64,000 nucleotides of DNA, from contig NMRA01000054.1 in NCBI GenBank assembly GCA_002633005.1, forward strand, positions 314,952-378,951. The letters run 5' to 3'. Positions 62,201-64,000 of the stretch are shown piece after piece; the first letter of the stretch is position 1, and every line of letters starts with the position of its first letter. Made by a program: the position numbers and the translations under genes. A model generated the notes under the pieces. It ran no database searches. It was not told the origin of the DNA and saw only the letters and a list, made by a program, of their open reading frames with translations. The DNA comes from Phoronis australis. Its lineage: Eukaryota > Animalia > Phoronida.

Positions 62201-62428
62201 CAATTATTTTTGTGCGAAATTGGTGACATTTTACCTTGAATGCGATTCTAAAAATTGTGTTATCATGCCGATATGATCAAGGTTAATGCATGTCACCTTT
62301 GTTCACAGGATGCAATAAAGTTTTTGCGCAAGAACTGTAAAGAAATGGTGCCTACTATGGACAGTAACCTGTGCATGAGTCTGCTCAAGCTGCTCGACTG
62401 TTTCTTTGCACCGTTCATTCCTAAAGAG
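26074..62428 (+). CDS. DNAH1: Axonemal inner-arm dynein heavy chain, DNAH1-like, 5' half (N-terminus to AAA2); continues beyond the window
   Basis: About 35 GT-AG exons, with continuous phase from 31820 to 62428. DNAH1-type N-terminus ([46 protein letters not shown]); linker ([19 protein letters not shown]); AAA1 Walker A GPAGTGKT and Walker B CFDEFNR; AAA2 GPTGSGKT; [25 protein letters not shown]. Confidence 0.95.
29066..29261. mobile_element. Palindromic MITE-like element
   Basis: Long imperfect inverted arms (acaaaacgtacc..catgaagtaatatcccact / agtgggatattacttcatg..ggtacgttttgt) with nested inner hairpins. Confidence 0.65.
29743..31439. mobile_element. Non-autonomous Tc1/mariner-superfamily (pogo/Tc2-like) element
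   Basis: 24-bp TIR CCGTAATC(A/G)TTCGGGTTAACGCCC, TA on both flanks, subterminal TTAA(C/G)CGCCC arrays; no transposase ORF; N at 30768. Confidence 0.85.
31820..31905 (+). CDS. DNAH1: DNAH1 exon
   Basis: [28 protein letters not shown]; tttcag / gtaagt. Confidence 0.75.
32189..32277 (+). CDS. DNAH1: DNAH1 exon
   Basis: [30 protein letters not shown]. Confidence 0.9.
32809..33095 (+). CDS. DNAH1: DNAH1 exon
   Basis: [40 protein letters not shown]. Confidence 0.92.
33929..34090 (+). CDS. DNAH1: DNAH1 exon
   Basis: [28 protein letters not shown].. Confidence 0.9.
34494..34746 (+). CDS. DNAH1: DNAH1 exon
   Basis: [30 protein letters not shown]. Confidence 0.92.
35553..36620 (+). pseudogene. THAP-domain transposase remnant of the Kolobok element
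   Basis: [27 protein letters not shown] (THAP with two in-frame TAG stops); CQVC..C..GH zinc motif; frameshift near 36420; then [22 protein letters not shown], truncated. Confidence 0.82.
36615..36888 (-). pseudogene. KolX-like Cys-rich accessory protein remnant (P2X7 C-terminal-like motif)
   Basis: [34 protein letters not shown]; convergent with the transposase and cut at the internal deletion. Confidence 0.78.
37562..37719 (+). CDS. DNAH1: DNAH1 exon
   Basis: [31 protein letters not shown]. Confidence 0.9.
38613..38827 (+). CDS. DNAH1: DNAH1 exon
   Basis: [36 protein letters not shown]. Confidence 0.92.
39268..39435 (+). CDS. DNAH1: DNAH1 exon
   Basis: [35 protein letters not shown]. 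Confidence 0.92.
39844..39974 (+). CDS. DNAH1: DNAH1 exon
   Basis: [28 protein letters not shown]. Confidence 0.9.
40385..40535 (+). CDS. DNAH1: DNAH1 exon
   Basis: [31 protein letters not shown]. Confidence 0.9.
41191..41384 (+). CDS. DNAH1: DNAH1 exon
   Basis: [28 protein letters not shown]. Confidence 0.9.
41553..41778 (+). CDS. DNAH1: DNAH1 exon
   Basis: [37 protein letters not shown]. Confidence 0.92.
42320..42522 (+). CDS. DNAH1: DNAH1 exon
   Basis: [37 protein letters not shown]. Confidence 0.92.
43020..43161 (+). CDS. DNAH1: DNAH1 exon
   Basis: [31 protein letters not shown]. Confidence 0.92.
43818..43973 (+). CDS. DNAH1: DNAH1 exon
   Basis: [23 protein letters not shown]. Confidence 0.92.
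46800..46998 (+). CDS. DNAH1: DNAH1 exon
   Basis: [36 protein letters not shown]. Confidence 0.93.
47415..47607. repeat. 9-bp tandem repeat TAT(A/G)GA(C/G)T(G/T), ~21 copies
   Basis: Read directly from the sequence; explains the spurious low-complexity ORFs. Confidence 0.97.
49175..49287 (+). CDS. DNAH1: DNAH1 exon
   Basis: [26 protein letters not shown]. Confidence 0.93.
49668..50021 (+). CDS. DNAH1: DNAH1 exon
   Basis: [38 protein letters not shown]. Confidence 0.94.
50243..50407 (+). CDS. DNAH1: DNAH1 exon
   Basis: [36 protein letters not shown]. Confidence 0.94.
50752..50979 (+). CDS. DNAH1: DNAH1 exon
   Basis: [48 protein letters not shown]. Confidence 0.95.
51550..51729 (+). CDS. 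DNAH1: DNAH1 exon
   Basis: [35 protein letters not shown]. Confidence 0.93.
52080..52381 (+). CDS. DNAH1: DNAH1 exon
   Basis: [45 protein letters not shown]. Confidence 0.95.
52729..52933 (+). CDS. DNAH1: DNAH1 exon, AAA1 Walker A
   Basis: [34 protein letters not shown]. Confidence 0.96.
53195..53292 (+). CDS. DNAH1: DNAH1 exon (AAA1)
   Basis: [32 protein letters not shown]; ends in phase 2. Confidence 0.95.
53598..55232 (+). mobile_element. Helentron/HINE-like non-autonomous element with internal tandem array
   Basis: 5' ttATGCGCCC subterminal repeat plus hairpin, (GTCC)n microsatellite, ~410-440 bp tandem units (starts ~53787, 54196, 54609, 55053) built from ctagtggc-containing subunits, 3' GGGCGCAT and ctTGTT end. 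Confidence 0.72.
55323..55428 (+). CDS. DNAH1: DNAH1 AAA1 Walker B exon, variant A (mutually exclusive candidate)
   Basis: [35 protein letters not shown]; 106 nt, ttttctag / gtgaga, phase 2 to 0. Confidence 0.93.
56042..56147 (+). CDS. DNAH1: DNAH1 AAA1 Walker B exon, variant B (mutually exclusive candidate)
   Basis: [35 protein letters not shown]; 106 nt, long pyrimidine tract plus tacag / gtgaga, phase 2 to 0. Confidence 0.88.
57097..57210 (+). CDS. DNAH1: DNAH1 exon (AAA1 sensor I)
   Basis: [28 protein letters not shown]. Confidence 0.96.
57581..57730 (+). CDS. DNAH1: DNAH1 exon
   Basis: [35 protein letters not shown]. Confidence 0.96.
58241..58327 (+). CDS. DNAH1: DNAH1 exon (sensor II)
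   Basis: [29 protein letters not shown]. Confidence 0.96.
58561..58667 (+). CDS. DNAH1: DNAH1 exon
   Basis: [33 protein letters not shown]. Confidence 0.96.
59050..59221 (+). CDS. DNAH1: DNAH1 exon, AAA2 Walker A
   Basis: [27 protein letters not shown]. Confidence 0.96.
60134..60288 (+). CDS. DNAH1: DNAH1 exon
   Basis: [22 protein letters not shown]. Confidence 0.95.
60494..60671 (+). CDS. DNAH1: DNAH1 exon
   Basis: [44 protein letters not shown]. Confidence 0.96.
61307..61501 (+). CDS. DNAH1: DNAH1 exon
   Basis: [26 protein letters not shown]. Confidence 0.96.
62309..62428 (+). CDS. DNAH1: DNAH1 exon (last in window)
   Basis: [40 protein letters not shown]. Confidence 0.92.
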
Positions 62429-64000
62429 GTACGTCTGCTCTCCATGCTGCCTGTCATGTGACTCCTGTGTGAAATAACTGTGTGTGTTCGGTACGAGGCT
62501 CAGCTGTTCTTTCTGGTAACGAAGTCTTGCTACATCCGTTTCATTGTATTCATTCAGGGTTTGGCTTTTCAAACTCCATAGGGGCAATGAAACAATTATC
62601 TTCTAAGCCATGGCCATAGACCCTTTGTTAAGCTGTGTTTGTCTAATGCACAGGCCAACTGGGTCGGGGTTCACAAAGAACTACTTACACTGACCTTACA
62701 TGTCAATTTCAGAACTAGGCCTATTTGGTGTGAACACCCCATGATTTGCAACCAGACCCAGAATTCTAAGCCTCTATATAGACTATTTACCACTCCAAGC
62801 CCACAATAGTCTTGCATTATATGAGAAGTTCTATGTGAAATGACAAGTACTTGCTGAGGTTGGGTCACAGAGAATAATACCTTCTAGGTTACTTCATCAT
62901 AACCATGTCAAAAAGAGTTTTTTATAGAAAAGTTTTTTCAGTTTCCTTTAATTTGGAGGCCATCAAGGGTCATTCAACCGTTATATTTACTTTCGTTGTT
63001 TAGAACATAGTAAGAAATATTTTTCCGTAAATAGTTGTATGCAGGTACATTGCCAATTCAAATAATTTTCTAAAGAAACCATTTTTAACTTAGTGGTTGC
63101 TAGATGTATCAACTAATTGGCCTTATGTTTATTTTTACGTTTCCCTCCATGACTTTGGAAAATTTCTTCAAGTTGATTAGAATTAGCCAGTTTTGTTGAA
63201 AACTCTGTGTGATGGTATTTGTCTCAACTTTCTTGTTGCCATCTTTCTTGCAAAATGATGTCAGGATCGCCTTGAATTTGATGCTAGAAACCTTCGAGCA
63301 TTTCTGTCGTCAGACATTGACGTGAGTGTCCGTCAGCAATAGTAATATCACCGTGGCATGAAACAAAGAAGAATGCAGTTAAATTGCATGGGCATGATCA
63401 CAGCTTTGTAGATACTCCCAAACCCACGACACTGAGAACTATAGGCAGTATTAGTTTGCTGTTACTTCATATGTTCATTGTTGGCAATGTTTAGTCTCAC
63501 GGTAATTATTATTTTCTGGAACAAACATTATCGTCTGCTCTAGTAGCAACAACTGTGTTAGTTGTGTACAGTTTGTTACTGTCACGTATACGAACTTAGG
63601 AAATGTTTGTGTGTCTTACCTCCTACATTATTCAGTTTTCAAGGTGTTTTTGCGGGTGTTTGAATTTGTTTGCTGTGTTTTACTAACTCATTTGATGGAG
63701 TGTGCTGTGTTGTAGTTGTATGAAGCTACTCATCATCTAAATCGGATATCACTGCAACTGCACCAGAATTTTCATTTGAAAGTTGCACGATTACGCTTTA
63801 CTGATTGCTGTCTGAGTTGATGACTTTGTGACATCCAAGTCACCTTCTCATTCATGTGCCAAAAATGAGTTGACCTCAGGTCACAGTTCAAGGCATGTCT
63901 CATTTGAACGAGCTCTTATCAAAAAAGTTCTTTATTACTGAGAAATGAAATTTCACAATAAATTTGAGAAAAGTAACTCTTGAAACTCATTGCATAAGCA

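Overview
Intron-rich, AT-rich animal genomic DNA, probably from a marine invertebrate (species not identifiable from sequence). Three protein-coding genes are supported. (1) The 5' part of a cation-independent mannose-6-phosphate receptor / IGF2R-like gene on the minus strand: 8 phase-consistent exons, 13814 to 3019, continuing off the left edge. (2) An achaete-scute (ASCL3/4/5-type) bHLH gene with a single coding exon at 20243-20995. (3) The 5' half of an axonemal inner-arm dynein heavy chain (DNAH1-like) from 26074 to past the right edge, covering the tail, linker, AAA1 and AAA2. The most striking observation is a tandem pair of 106-nt exons (55323-55428 and 56042-56147) that each encode the AAA1 Walker B segment. 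They differ at 18 synonymous versus 3 amino-acid-changing codons and cannot be co-included without a premature stop, which suggests mutually exclusive splicing of the main ATPase site of a ciliary dynein. The introns hold many transposon relics: an internally deleted Kolobok (THAP transposase plus convergent KolX-like ORF), a decayed ISL2EU-like element with a YqaJ exonuclease pseudogene, Helentron/HINE-like arrays, MITEs and tRNA-derived SINE heads. A nested inverted-repeat structure surrounds the first coding exon of the M6P receptor gene. All calls come from manual reading; no database searches were run.
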